Shown here: piece after piece, positions 1 to 9,313 of the stretch
Position numbering within the stretch: position 1 is the stretch's first letter
Layout of the letters: the number at the start of each line of letters is the position of its first letter
Sequence record: OP292654.1
Length of the DNA stretch: 64,000 bases
Direction: 5' to 3' (one strand)
Position numbers and translations under genes: made by a program
The notes under the pieces: generated by a model
What the model saw: only the letters and a program-made list of their open reading frames with translations
Databases searched by the model: none
Told to the model about the DNA's origin: nothing

Positions 1-1
1 A

Positions 2-97
2 ACTGAAAAGTTCAAAGATTGGGAAGGTTGCCGTATCATTGAGCTAGAGGGCGTACAGCGTTCAGTTCTTGCTGCGTTTGCGGAAGAAAATCTATAA
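2..97 (+). CDS. 3' end of a gene starting upstream of the window
   Basis: Open frame from base 2 (TEKFKDWEG...EENL) to TAA at 95-97. Confidence 0.5.
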   Translation, partial: TEKFKDWEGCRIIELEGVQRSVLAAFAEENL

Positions 98-130
98 CAA
101 CTTTAGGGGATACATTGTATCCCCTTTTTA

Positions 131-325
131 ATGGACAATAATATGAAAGTATCATTCTACGCTAAAGCTGATCCGCAAGTTGGTGATTCAGATATAGTAT
201 TCTATAAGTGTATTAAAGTTCGGCACTTCTGGTGCTTCAAATTCAGTACTGAAATATCTTACGGTACTGAAACAGAGATGAAAACACTTGCTGATAATCT
301 CACAAAAATTTATGGAACGTCCTGA
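131..325 (+). CDS. hypothetical protein
   Basis: ORF track, co-directional with neighbours. Confidence 0.6.
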   Translation: MDNNMKVSFYAKADPQVGDSDIVFYKCIKVRHFWCFKFSTEISYGTETEMKTLADNLTKIYGTS

Positions 326-341
326 TTTTTTGTGCTATAAT
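312..341 (+). promoter_or_regulatory. sigma70-like promoter, extended -10, 18-bp spacer class
   Basis: ATGGAA-N18-TATAAT with TG at the extended -10 position (TGTGCTATAAT). Confidence 0.55.
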
Positions 342-459
342 GTGTATATTAAACAGCAAAATGGCTCTCCATTTCTGGCCTGTAGAATGACAAACAACAT
401 AAATAGTTACATAACAATAATAATATTTTGACTCCATGTTGTTTTATTACATTCTTTAT

Positions 460-483
460 AGGCCACGCAATGTGGCCTTTTTT
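460..483 (+). terminator. intrinsic terminator
   Basis: AGGCCAC-gcaat-GTGGCCT followed by T-run. Confidence 0.75.
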
Positions 484-497
484 ATTGGATAAAGAAA

Positions 498-1196
498 ATG
501 AATATCACACCTGAACAACAATTAGTACTGGATAAGATTCACGAATATTTCAACGAATTGGGATACCATAATATCATTATCTATGGTTCTTATGTTGAAC
601 AGTTTCACGGTTTCGATGTTCAACCAAATGACATTGACGTAACTCTTGTGATCGATGAAGAACCACCAGAGAAACGTCACAAAACATTCTACTTGGGATT
701 CACTGAACTTCCAATTAATGTAGAAATTATGCATCGCAAATCATTCGAAGGTGAACTTCGTTCGATGCAACCAAAGTACTTCATGTGTATTTGTAATCCA
801 GCTATTCAGAAAGATATTGATATTGCGTTTGATTCTAAATTACCTCATGAAGTGCGTTCATGTATTAGTTCAATTGCTTCTAAAGCATTTGACAAAGGTA
901 AGAAGAAACTCACCGTAGAAGAAGATTACGATGAAGTACTTGGACTGAAAAATATTTGTCATGCTTTCAAGTTCCCATATTACGCTAAGTGGAAATATCA
1001 TCCTGATACAGCAACCACTAAAGAGCAAGATATTGAGTACTTGAATGAGATTCATAATACAGTGTATGAACTGTACAAAAACAGTACTGGAACACTTGAC
1101 GAGCGTTGTCAGGTTGTGTTAAACTACGCAAAAGCAACGCATAATGCGACAATGACAGGATTCCGAATCCTATTCCCTAAAGAGGTGAAATCATGA
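498..1196 (+). CDS. Pol-beta superfamily nucleotidyltransferase (RlaP-like)
   Basis: IYGS...NDIDV signature plus helical C-terminal region (KNICHAFKF). Confidence 0.6.
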   Translation: MNITPEQQLVLDKIHEYFNELGYHNIIIYGSYVEQFHGFDVQPNDIDVTLVIDEEPPEKRHKTFYLGFTELPINVEIMHRKSFEGELRSMQPKYFMCICNPAIQKDIDIAFDSKLPHEVRSCISSIASKAFDKGKKKLTVEEDYDEVLGLKNICHAFKFPYYAKWKYHPDTATTKEQDIEYLNEIHNTVYELYKNSTGTLDERCQVVLNYAKATHNATMTGFRILFPKEVKS

Positions 1197-1399
1197 TGTT
1201 CGTACTGGCAACAGTTTTATTTTTACTTTTCCTCACAATTGGTGTAGGATTAATAGTACTTGGGGTAGCTCTGTACATGTTCGCATGGGCTGCCAATGGT
1301 AAACATACTTTAGCACCTGTACTTATTTTCGGTTCAGCAGTATCATTTGGATTGTTTACTATCTGGATGGCTTGCATTAACTACATTCAGGTGCTATAA
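1193..1399 (+). CDS. small membrane protein (2 TM)
   Basis: Two long hydrophobic stretches. Confidence 0.7.
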   Translation: MMFVLATVLFLLFLTIGVGLIVLGVALYMFAWAANGKHTLAPVLIFGSAVSFGLFTIWMACINYIQVL

Positions 1400-1641
1400 T
1401 GTCACCTGAAAAGATGTTAACTGATTTGATGGCAGTTGGACCAACCATTCTTCACTTTATTATTTCTATATTAGGAATTGCTTTAGTGATTGGTGGTATG
1501 CGTGACATAAACAAATCAACGCATTTTCAACATATAGTAGAAGTGCCAATTGGATTTACTGGTGTAATCGTTGGTCTAGTACTAATGTATTACGGTGGAG
1601 CATTCCCTGTTATCTGGAGAATCATTAAATGGGTGAGTTAG
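1399..1641 (+). CDS. small membrane protein (2 TM)
   Basis: Hydrophobic stretches; start overlaps upstream stop. Confidence 0.7.
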   Translation: MSPEKMLTDLMAVGPTILHFIISILGIALVIGGMRDINKSTHFQHIVEVPIGFTGVIVGLVLMYYGGAFPVIWRIIKWVS

Positions 1642-1766
1642 CATTCGCTTTGATTGAAATGATTGTAGAACTGTTATGTATGGGTGCGGCGGGTCGTTGG
1701 ATTCTGCTTTGTCTTATCACGCTCGGAGCTATTGTGGGCTTCGGGTATTGGGCTTATATTAGCTAA
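1629..1766 (+). CDS. 45-aa membrane protein (absent from ORF track)
   Basis: Read manually: MGELAFALIEMIVELLCMGAAGRWILLCLITLGAIVGFGYWAYIS*. Confidence 0.6.
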   Translation: MGELAFALIEMIVELLCMGAAGRWILLCLITLGAIVGFGYWAYIS

Positions 1767-1775
1767 GGAACACAA

Positions 1776-1814
1776 ATGAAACAATTCACTAAGGGTCGTA
1801 TGTCATTCCGTTAA
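1776..1814 (+). CDS. 12-aa micro-ORF MKQFTKGRMSFR
   Basis: AAGGA SD 6 nt upstream of ATG; fills the intergenic gap. Confidence 0.35.
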   Translation: MKQFTKGRMSFR

Positions 1815-1842
1815 GGTACTTTAACTTAACGAAGGAGGACAT

Positions 1843-2358
1843 ATGTTCTTTGATCAAACCTTTAAAATCTACTTCGATGATGGACGTTTTGTAGAAACAG
1901 ACGATTTGTTGGGATGGCTTCGTACCTATCCTGGCGGTGCTGAGAAATTTTACTACCGCATGAAATGGTTATGTAAATATGACCGTCCAAAGTGGGGATA
2001 CTTTTCTTACAGCAGTCGTTATGATTTGGACTACTTAGAGTTCTATCTGTACACTTCTAATAACATGATGGTTTCACCAGACTTGTTCAAAGGAGAGTAC
2101 TTTACTCACGTCATGAAGTCCTGGCGTTACGGTGGTCCATTCTGGCGTTATCGCCGCAAACATACTACCACTTACGACCGTAAGATGGAAACTATGGCTG
2201 AGCGTCGTGCTGTAGCAGCCGTAATCAAAGAAGAAGGTGAACCAGAATTTCGTGGTCGTCGCAGGAATCTACCGAATCCGTGGGATGATATTCACGCACG
2301 TCGCAGTCTTTCTTGGAAAGATTGTACAAAACGTAAACGTCAACACAAAGGGAGCTAA
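1843..2358 (+). CDS. phage hypothetical protein, basic C-terminus (LPNPWDD...SWK..TKRKRQ)
   Basis: Strong SD AAGGAGG; followed by terminator. Confidence 0.8.
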   Translation: MFFDQTFKIYFDDGRFVETDDLLGWLRTYPGGAEKFYYRMKWLCKYDRPKWGYFSYSSRYDLDYLEFYLYTSNNMMVSPDLFKGEYFTHVMKSWRYGGPFWRYRRKHTTTYDRKMETMAERRAVAAVIKEEGEPEFRGRRRNLPNPWDDIHARRSLSWKDCTKRKRQHKGS

Positions 2359-2369
2359 GCTCCCTTTTT
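2350..2369 (+). terminator. intrinsic terminator
   Basis: GGGAGC-taa-GCTCCC plus T-run. Confidence 0.7.
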
Positions 2370-2385
2370 CTTTTAGGTCATTATT

Positions 2386-2613
2386 ATGTTAGTCTACGCA
2401 GTACTTGAAACAAATTTTTATACAGCAGAACATGAATTAAAAAATTATGTTCACTTCTGTTCTTCATTTGAAGATGCTCAAAAATTCATTAAAGAACATT
2501 ATTTAGTATATGTTGAAGAACCTGGTATTGAAGTAGTCTTTGAAGAAGATGATGGTGATAGTGAATATGGTGAATGTTCAGTGCTAATTGATGTAATTAA
2601 TGTTGGAGGTTAA
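2386..2613 (+). CDS. acidic hypothetical protein
   Basis: ORF track. Confidence 0.7.
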   Translation: MLVYAVLETNFYTAEHELKNYVHFCSSFEDAQKFIKEHYLVYVEEPGIEVVFEEDDGDSEYGECSVLIDVINVGG

Positions 2614-2615
2614 AA

Positions 2616-3452
2616 ATGAATTCGGATAATTTATTTCTGGCACGTGATCTTCTTATGCACGTAGAACCAGGTGAAGTAATCAGTACACAATACAATCACG
2701 AATATGAAACTCGTGCAGGCTATGACAAATATCCTGCTGAAGTAATTGAGTGGCTAACTAATTCTAAACTTCTAGTACTGGCTGATGTTATCTCAATCTC
2801 TGAACAGTCGTCAGTTGAAATCTTCAAGGTATCAGTACTTGGTGAGCAAGTTGCTGAATTCGCAAATCTAGCAGATTTTTATGATGCTGGTGTGGCTGGC
2901 GAAGAACATTTCCTGAAAACGGGTCGTTCCATATACACGGCACTTGATATGTTCAATGAAGCTGAATTAGAACCAATGGTATCATTGCTAACTCGTGAAG
3001 AACAGGATGCGTATAATCATTATTATCGTATTGCTGCTATGAAAGCACTTCAGGGGCGTACTGGACAATCTAAACCAATTCCAGAGATTGAAGTTAATGA
3101 TTTCGTAGCTCACCGTAACCAAGTAATGGATACTGGTTTAACTAACATGTTCCAGTTATCAGTTGAACTCGGTTCTAAAGGTACTGATGATACTCGCACC
3201 AATAACTATGTATTCAAGAAATGCATGGAAGAACTTGGTGAAATGGCATTAGAAGACAATATCGCAGAAGGCTTGTCTTATAAAGATGCTGGTTCTGATG
3301 GTGTTGCTGGTGAAGCTGTTGACCTCGCAATTTGTGCGATGGATATGTTCGCATTACAACATCCAGATAATACAGCAGAAGAAATTCATTTCTTATTCCT
3401 TGAATATATGGGTAAGAAACTGAACAAATGGAAAGAAACACTAGACCAATAA
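2616..3452 (+). CDS. protein with C-terminal MazG-like NTP pyrophosphatase domain
   Basis: KCMEELGEMALE...GEAVDLAICAMD matches the MazG EExxE...ExxD pattern. Confidence 0.6.
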   Translation: MNSDNLFLARDLLMHVEPGEVISTQYNHEYETRAGYDKYPAEVIEWLTNSKLLVLADVISISEQSSVEIFKVSVLGEQVAEFANLADFYDAGVAGEEHFLKTGRSIYTALDMFNEAELEPMVSLLTREEQDAYNHYYRIAAMKALQGRTGQSKPIPEIEVNDFVAHRNQVMDTGLTNMFQLSVELGSKGTDDTRTNNYVFKKCMEELGEMALEDNIAEGLSYKDAGSDGVAGEAVDLAICAMDMFALQHPDNTAEEIHFLFLEYMGKKLNKWKETLDQ

Positions 3453-3473
3453 TGGTCAGATAAGGATTTAAAA

Positions 3474-3764
3474 ATGACAGACCACGCAAAAACAAAAGCG
3501 TTATCGGACGTTCTTGCGGAAATGAATAATCAAGATGCTAAATGGGGTGCGGATCGTAATCAACACCCTTTCTTATGGCAAGTGATTTTAGGTGAAGAAT
3601 TTGGCGAAGTATGTCAAGCTATTCTTCATGATGAATTTGGCGGTTCCCATGCGGGTACAGCACGTGATGAATTGGTACAAGTTGCGGCAGTGGCCTTGCA
3701 ATTCATTGAGCAATATGATAGACTACAATCTGAGGTGAAAGATGAAGATTCGTCCAGTTCATAA
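3474..3764 (+). CDS. MazG-like nucleotide pyrophosphohydrolase
   Basis: ILGEEFGEVCQA...RDELVQVAAVA. Confidence 0.75.
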   Translation: MTDHAKTKALSDVLAEMNNQDAKWGADRNQHPFLWQVILGEEFGEVCQAILHDEFGGSHAGTARDELVQVAAVALQFIEQYDRLQSEVKDEDSSSS

Positions 3765-4026
3765 CCATATCATTGCTAAGAAAGTAGTGAATGAGGCAAA
3801 AAGTGCTGGTGGTATTCTTCTCACTGCTTCAGGTGAAGATGAAAGTACTCATGCTGAAGTACTACAAATCGGACCAGGTTTCCTGTCTGAACTTAATGTA
3901 GGTGACATTGTTACTTATGTTGAAGGTGACAAACGAGTTCATTCTGAAAAGATTGATAATGAAGATATTCTTATTATGCCAGAAGATTGTATTCTAGGTG
4001 TAATTGAACAAGATAAAGGTGAATAA
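3742..4026 (+). CDS. groES: co-chaperonin GroES
   Basis: MKIRPVHNHII...KSAGGILL...VLQIGPG...VGDIV...ILGV. Confidence 0.9.
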   Translation: MKIRPVHNHIIAKKVVNEAKSAGGILLTASGEDESTHAEVLQIGPGFLSELNVGDIVTYVEGDKRVHSEKIDNEDILIMPEDCILGVIEQDKGE

Positions 4027-4027
4027 C

Positions 4028-5296
4028 ATGCATTCGGCATTGGTAGAGTTACAAGAACGCGGTTTGATTAATCAAAGTACTGATATTACAGTACTGTCAA
4101 AATTACTTGACGAAGGTTCAGCAGTGTATTGTGGCTTTGACCCAACTGCTGATTCATTACACATTGGTAGCTTACTGCCTCTGTCTGTAATGAAAGTGTT
4201 TAAGAAACACGGTGTAAAAGTTATTGCTCTCGTTGGTGGGGCAACAGGCTCCATCGGTGATCCGAGCTTCAAATCAGAAGAACGTTCTATGATGGATTGG
4301 GATACAATCAGTCGTAACGTAGCTGGTATTAGTACTGTTATCACTTCCATTCTTGGTGATGATGTTGAAATCGTAAACAACTTTGATTGGATGCGTGACA
4401 TTAATATGCTTACGTTCCTTCGTGATTACGGTAAAGCATTCACTGTGAATAACATGATCAATAAAGAGTCAGTACGTTCTCGTATTGAACGTCCAGACCA
4501 AGGTATTTCATTTACTGAATTCGCATACCCAATCCTTCAGGGTATGGATTTCGAATTCCTGTACACCGAAATGAATTGTAAGATTCAAATCGGCGGTTCA
4601 GACCAATGGGGTAATATGATTGCTGGTACTGACTTAATCCATAAACTTCATGGTAATGATGCTGAGTGTGGAGTTATTACGCTTCCACTTGTTACTAAAG
4701 CTGATGGTACTAAATTTGGTAAATCAGAATCTGGTACTATTTGGATGACAGGACAGCGTACTACGCCGTATCATTTCTTCCAGTTCTGGCGTAACATTGA
4801 AGATACTGAAGTACCTAAACTGTACCAGTACTTCAAACCATTTACTTTTAGTGTACAAAATATTGTGAATGAAATGACTAACGGTGATCCAAATATCGTT
4901 AAGTTACAATTCGCACATGCTATGACATTACTTGTTCATGGGTCAGAAGCGGCTGATACTGCTCGTAATCTTTCCAATTTCTTCTTTGGAAAGAACGTAG
5001 AACTGAATGATGAAGCTGTTGATATGATGATTAGCAGTGGATTCAAAGTACAGGAACAGACTACTACGCTTGACTTAGTAGCTATTCTGGTAGATTCAGG
5101 TTTAGCTGATTCTCGTAAGATGGCACGTGAGTTCATCAACAATGGTGCGATCAAAATCAATGGTCGCAAAGTAAACGAATTCTACGATACTAAAGAGAAC
5201 GTCTTCACTGAAGATGTGGACATTATTGATTCAAAACATTTTGTCCTTCAGCGTGGTCGTAATGCTTTCGTCGTGGTGAAAAACTTAAGGCGTTAA
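4028..5296 (+). CDS. tyrS: tyrosyl-tRNA synthetase
   Basis: YCGFDPTADSLHIGS, QIGGSDQWGN, KFGKS, C-terminal S4-like domain; probable start ATG 4028. Confidence 0.95.
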   Translation: MHSALVELQERGLINQSTDITVLSKLLDEGSAVYCGFDPTADSLHIGSLLPLSVMKVFKKHGVKVIALVGGATGSIGDPSFKSEERSMMDWDTISRNVAGISTVITSILGDDVEIVNNFDWMRDINMLTFLRDYGKAFTVNNMINKESVRSRIERPDQGISFTEFAYPILQGMDFEFLYTEMNCKIQIGGSDQWGNMIAGTDLIHKLHGNDAECGVITLPLVTKADGTKFGKSESGTIWMTGQRTTPYHFFQFWRNIEDTEVPKLYQYFKPFTFSVQNIVNEMTNGDPNIVKLQFAHAMTLLVHGSEAADTARNLSNFFFGKNVELNDEAVDMMISSGFKVQEQTTTLDLVAILVDSGLADSRKMAREFINNGAIKINGRKVNEFYDTKENVFTEDVDIIDSKHFVLQRGRNAFVVVKNLRR

Positions 5297-5297
5297 T

Positions 5298-5549
5298 ATG
5301 ACCACATTTCTGATATTCTCAGTACTGATTGGTATCGCTTTCAATATTTTTCTTTTCTTCTTAGACAAGAAAGAACAATATGTGAAAGCATATAACCCTA
5401 AAACTAATGAATATGAACATATTCCTATGTTCAGCTTCAGGTCAGATACACGTTGGAAAGTACTAATGATTAGTGGTTTTGTTCCATTTCTCAATATTGC
5501 TTTTCTTGCGTTAATGCTGATTGATATTGTGGGTTACTTGCGTAAGTAA
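5298..5549 (+). CDS. membrane protein
   Basis: Two hydrophobic segments. Confidence 0.7.
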   Translation: MTTFLIFSVLIGIAFNIFLFFLDKKEQYVKAYNPKTNEYEHIPMFSFRSDTRWKVLMISGFVPFLNIAFLALMLIDIVGYLRK

Positions 5550-5706
5550 AAATTGAGAAATACATAAGCCGTGCTTTCTGGCAAAAACCAGATGTAAGAC
5601 CGTTTACACTTCAATGCTAGTACTGGATGATCCCTACTCGTTAGAACTACCAACTTCCAGGGCGATGTATTTCTTTTAAGTAAGAAAAATGGACTTTGTT
5701 GTTGAT

Positions 5707-5714
5707 TATAAATA
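5707..5714 (+). promoter_or_regulatory. T4-type late promoter
   Basis: Exact TATAAATA ~30 nt before the SD-supported ATG at 5743. Confidence 0.55.
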
Positions 5715-5742
5715 TCTTTTTGCAATCAACAAGGACAATGGA

Positions 5743-6597
5743 ATGAACAAAAAAGAAGCTAAAGCACTTGACAAATATTATACTAATGATTCTGTAGCTG
5801 AATACTGCTATCAGGAATTTGTCAAGTTCTGTACAAAATATAAGTCAGAACCGTACACGATTATTGAGCCAAGTGCTGGCGGTGGAGCGTTTCTTAATAT
5901 TATTCAGGAAGACAAAATAGGGTTTGACATTCTCCCTGAATCTGATAATATTATCCAAATGGACTTCATCAACGGGAACATTGAAGAATATCTACCACAA
6001 AATGATGTGGTGTTTTTGGGAAATCCACCTTTCGGTAAGAAAGGAGATTTAGCTATTCAATTCATCAATAAGTGTTTTGAATACAGTACTATCGTGGGGT
6101 TCATTCTCCCTGTACAATTCAGAAAATATTCTGCTCAAAAACAGCTTGACAGTAGAGCTAGATTGCTGTATGATATTGACTTAGATGAAGATTCGTTTAA
6201 TATTGTGGGTGAATCTTATGGTATTCGTTCATCATTCCAAATATGGGGAATTGGTGAATTTGAAGAAGAAAACCTAAGAATCGTTGAAAAGCCTCAAACT
6301 AAACTTGACATGTTCGAAATGTACCAGTACAATAGAACAGAAGCAGCAATGAAATATTTCGATTATGATTGGGATTTTGCTGTTCACCGTCAAGGTTACT
6401 ATGACTTCTCAGAGATCATTCGAAGTAAAGACGAGTTGAATCCGAAACGGCAGTACATATTCTTTAAAGCACACGATGCTGAAGTACTGGAAAATTTGTT
6501 GAACCTTGACTTCGTTCAATTGTCTAAAAAGAATGCTGGAATTCCAGGATTCGGAAAGGCAGATGTTGTTGAGGAATATCTTAAAAAATATTCATAA
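5743..6597 (+). CDS. amino-DNA methyltransferase (gamma-class motif order, probably N6-adenine)
   Basis: DKYYT (motif X), IIEPSAGGGAF (motif I), GNPPFG (motif IV); SD AAGGA before 5743. Confidence 0.85.
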   Translation: MNKKEAKALDKYYTNDSVAEYCYQEFVKFCTKYKSEPYTIIEPSAGGGAFLNIIQEDKIGFDILPESDNIIQMDFINGNIEEYLPQNDVVFLGNPPFGKKGDLAIQFINKCFEYSTIVGFILPVQFRKYSAQKQLDSRARLLYDIDLDEDSFNIVGESYGIRSSFQIWGIGEFEEENLRIVEKPQTKLDMFEMYQYNRTEAAMKYFDYDWDFAVHRQGYYDFSEIIRSKDELNPKRQYIFFKAHDAEVLENLLNLDFVQLSKKNAGIPGFGKADVVEEYLKKYS

Positions 6598-6609
6598 CCT
6601 GGAGTGTAT

Positions 6610-7311
6610 ATGTCAACCATCGTAAAAACTCAGATCGCAAAAAGTATCAACGACGCACTGTTCATGTTCAAAACTGCTGAGAAAGATCAGGTATTCGATG
6701 TTCGTTATGTTGTCCGTGGCGGCACTGACGTAAACAAAATCGAAGTACTGTTCATGGCACACATGGCAGCAAACATGGATCTACCAATCATGTACTCTGC
6801 GGAATTCAAAGAGAGCTACAAAGAGCATTGGGCTGAAAGTGGTAAGTACGCAGCATTGAACGAAGAAACCACTCCAGACGTACTGGCGTTCAACACGCAA
6901 GAAGTAATTCCAGATTGTATCGTCCATAACCCGAATGGTTCACAATCATGGCCTGATATTCTGGTGATTAAAGATAACATCGGTTATCCACTGGAAATCA
7001 AAACTGCGAAAGATACTGTTCCAAAAATGAACAGCGGTATCTTCCGTCTGAATACCCCATACATCTGTATGCGTAAATCAGACGACCCGAAAGACCGTGT
7101 GATGCGTCTGTTCATGGGGTCAGATATGGTATCGGCTGAGAACATTGTTCAGTGGCGTGAAGCTGGGGAAATGGTTGACCGTATCGTTAAAGCAACAAAC
7201 GCTCCAAACGAACGCTGGTGTTATGACAAGTACTTCAAAGCGGAAGATTGGTTCCCGAAAGATTGGGCGACTAAGCACGAAGCATCTGTTACCAAATACA
7301 TCAATAGCTAA
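6610..7311 (+). CDS. PD-(D/E)xK nuclease, restriction-endonuclease-like
   Basis: NPNGSQSWPDILV...YPLEIK; directly after the MTase, shared terminator. Confidence 0.6.
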   Translation: MSTIVKTQIAKSINDALFMFKTAEKDQVFDVRYVVRGGTDVNKIEVLFMAHMAANMDLPIMYSAEFKESYKEHWAESGKYAALNEETTPDVLAFNTQEVIPDCIVHNPNGSQSWPDILVIKDNIGYPLEIKTAKDTVPKMNSGIFRLNTPYICMRKSDDPKDRVMRLFMGSDMVSAENIVQWREAGEMVDRIVKATNAPNERWCYDKYFKAEDWFPKDWATKHEASVTKYINS

Positions 7312-7316
7312 CAAGT

Positions 7317-7343
7317 AAGCACCGTATAATACGGTGCTTTTTT
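7317..7343 (+). terminator. intrinsic terminator
   Basis: AAGCACCGTA-taa-TACGGTGCTT plus T-run. Confidence 0.85.
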
Positions 7344-7363
7344 AATTTAGAGGATGAAAAAAA

Positions 7364-8056
7364 ATGAATATTGCTGAAAAGTACTATTGGATTACCAATC
7401 ACCCGAAATATGTTCCATTTGGTCACGATGCTGTTATTGAAATTACCCCTCATATGGTTTGTCCAGAAACCAACCGCATTGAAGATTTGGCATTGCTCAA
7501 TACCAAATTGCGTTTTTGGGTTGAGTTAATGATCCCATATGAAGATAAAGAAAATAACTATCACGGTTTCGCCCATGAATGGGAACTGGATTGCGGCGGT
7601 GATACATGGGAAGAAGCAGTTGAAACATTGTACCAGTTAGTACTGGAAAAGTACGGTGACTATGGTGATGATGAACTGGAAGAACACCGTAGGGTTTGGT
7701 TAGAAGAATCTAAAATCAAAATTCCAGGATATATTAGCATTTACGATAAACTGATGGGAGATTTAGATAACTTCAAAGCACCAGGCCCAGATTTATCTAA
7801 ACCAATCGTTAAACTTAAAGATTATGAAATCGAAAGTTTTAAAGAAGATGTTGAACATCTTGGAGTTCTGCTGCCTGTCCTTCAGGCAAAGTTGGCTAAT
7901 CCAGAACTAACTATGCAAGACTATAGTGATATTGAATTACAAATCACCTGTGTTGACCACGATTTGGAAGTAGCGAAACTCAGTCTAAAATATGGATATA
8001 ATGTAGAAGTATATGGTATCAGGGATGAAAATAACGAAACTGATTCGCATACTTAA
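7364..8056 (+). CDS. hypothetical protein
   Basis: ORF track, SD GAGG. Confidence 0.75.
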   Translation: MNIAEKYYWITNHPKYVPFGHDAVIEITPHMVCPETNRIEDLALLNTKLRFWVELMIPYEDKENNYHGFAHEWELDCGGDTWEEAVETLYQLVLEKYGDYGDDELEEHRRVWLEESKIKIPGYISIYDKLMGDLDNFKAPGPDLSKPIVKLKDYEIESFKEDVEHLGVLLPVLQAKLANPELTMQDYSDIELQITCVDHDLEVAKLSLKYGYNVEVYGIRDENNETDSHT

Positions 8057-8390
8057 CAATATGCCCCATCCTAAACAAGTCAAGAACACACGTAAAAAAT
8101 ACAAAGTTATTGCGTGTGCTCTTGATAAGAAAGGTAGAGTACTAGCAATTAGAACTAATGATTACGAGTGCTCACATCCTTTACAAAAACACTTCGCAGT
8201 ACTAGTAGGGAAACCCGAAGCAATATTCCTCCATGCCGAAATAGCCGCTTTAATTGCTGCGAAAAAAGAAGTACACAAACTTCTGATTGCCAGAATAGAT
8301 CGAAATGGTAATCCATTACCAGCAAAACCCTGTCCAATATGTGAAAAAGCAATTGAAGCTTTTGGAGTAAAAGAAATTGAATATACCTAA
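8013..8390 (+). CDS. zinc-dependent cytidine/dCMP deaminase-like protein
   Basis: HAE...PCPIC deaminase motifs; real start may be 8025 or later. Confidence 0.8.
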   Translation: MVSGMKITKLIRILNNMPHPKQVKNTRKKYKVIACALDKKGRVLAIRTNDYECSHPLQKHFAVLVGKPEAIFLHAEIAALIAAKKEVHKLLIARIDRNGNPLPAKPCPICEKAIEAFGVKEIEYT

Positions 8391-8703
8391 TGAAGAACAT
8401 CTAGCTAAGATAATTAAATTTTACAATGGGCTTAACTTTAAAACTAAGTTCAATTTAAGTACTGAACAATATAGATACTTACGTAAAAAATATAAAATCA
8501 CCAAACTTGTTCCTCGTATAGCAAGAATTTGTTGGAAATGTGATAGAAATTTTGTAAGTCAAACTATTTTAAACACGAATATGTGTACAATATGCTATAA
8601 TGAAAATATAAAATCATATTATTATAATTTTATTGCTATTCAAAAAGTTCCTAAAGTTGGAGTAGTGATAAAATCTTTAAAGGATATTAGTTATGCTCAG
8701 TAA
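8377..8703 (+). CDS. basic Zn-finger protein
   Basis: CWKC...CTIC. Confidence 0.55.
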   Translation: MNIPNEEHLAKIIKFYNGLNFKTKFNLSTEQYRYLRKKYKITKLVPRIARICWKCDRNFVSQTILNTNMCTICYNENIKSYYYNFIAIQKVPKVGVVIKSLKDISYAQ

Positions 8704-9313
8704 CGAACAACGTCAAGAAGTTATCAAACGCTATCCTCACGAAACTGTGAAATTTATTTCAGAATACTTAGGTATAAGTAAGTCAACAGTTGAGAATATT
8801 GTTAAACAAACCAATCTGGTTCGTTTACATATAGATTCTAGAATTCCAAGTAATGAGTTTTTAGCATCTTATTATAATGTTCCCATTCAGATGCTTCTTG
8901 ATATTGAAGAAACTGCGGTTTTTCTTAAACCATTTCCTAAAATGTCAGATAATCTACGTAAGATTTTAGTACGCAAGTATGGTAAACCAATGAGTGAACA
9001 ACGTTGGAATCGCATCACATCAGTACTAACACTTGAACAAATACGTCATATTATGATTTATTATCCTCAGTTTACTAATCGTGCGTTAGCTAATGATTTA
9101 AATGTTGATCGCAGTGTAATTACTGATGTTGCTAATACATATTCTCTTGAAAAATTAGAAAGGGAAGAAATGTTTTGTGATACATGCCGAGTAAATCATT
9201 TACCACCACGTTCTTATACTAGTGGTAATAATTGCAAAGAATGTTGGACGAAACGTATGTCAGATTATCAATACATTTATTATCCGTCTAAAATGGCAGC
9301 TAAAAATGAATGA
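8693..9313 (+). CDS. putative DNA-binding protein (HTH plus C-terminal Zn ribbon)
   Basis: ISEYLGISKSTVENIV and LANDLNVDRSVITDV HTH-like helices; CDTC...CKEC. Confidence 0.55.
   Translation: MLSNEQRQEVIKRYPHETVKFISEYLGISKSTVENIVKQTNLVRLHIDSRIPSNEFLASYYNVPIQMLLDIEETAVFLKPFPKMSDNLRKILVRKYGKPMSEQRWNRITSVLTLEQIRHIMIYYPQFTNRALANDLNVDRSVITDVANTYSLEKLEREEMFCDTCRVNHLPPRSYTSGNNCKECWTKRMSDYQYIYYPSKMAAKNE

Noticed and set aside
430-440. 11-nt complementarity (ACTCCATGTTG) to coding sequence near 34625
   Set aside because: Single short match inside a CDS; plausible by chance after post-hoc searching
5550-5700. Gap with a stop-interrupted frame (IEKYISRAFW...C*YWM...)
   Set aside because: No start or SD, no recognisable homology or stable structure; cannot support pseudogene or RNA
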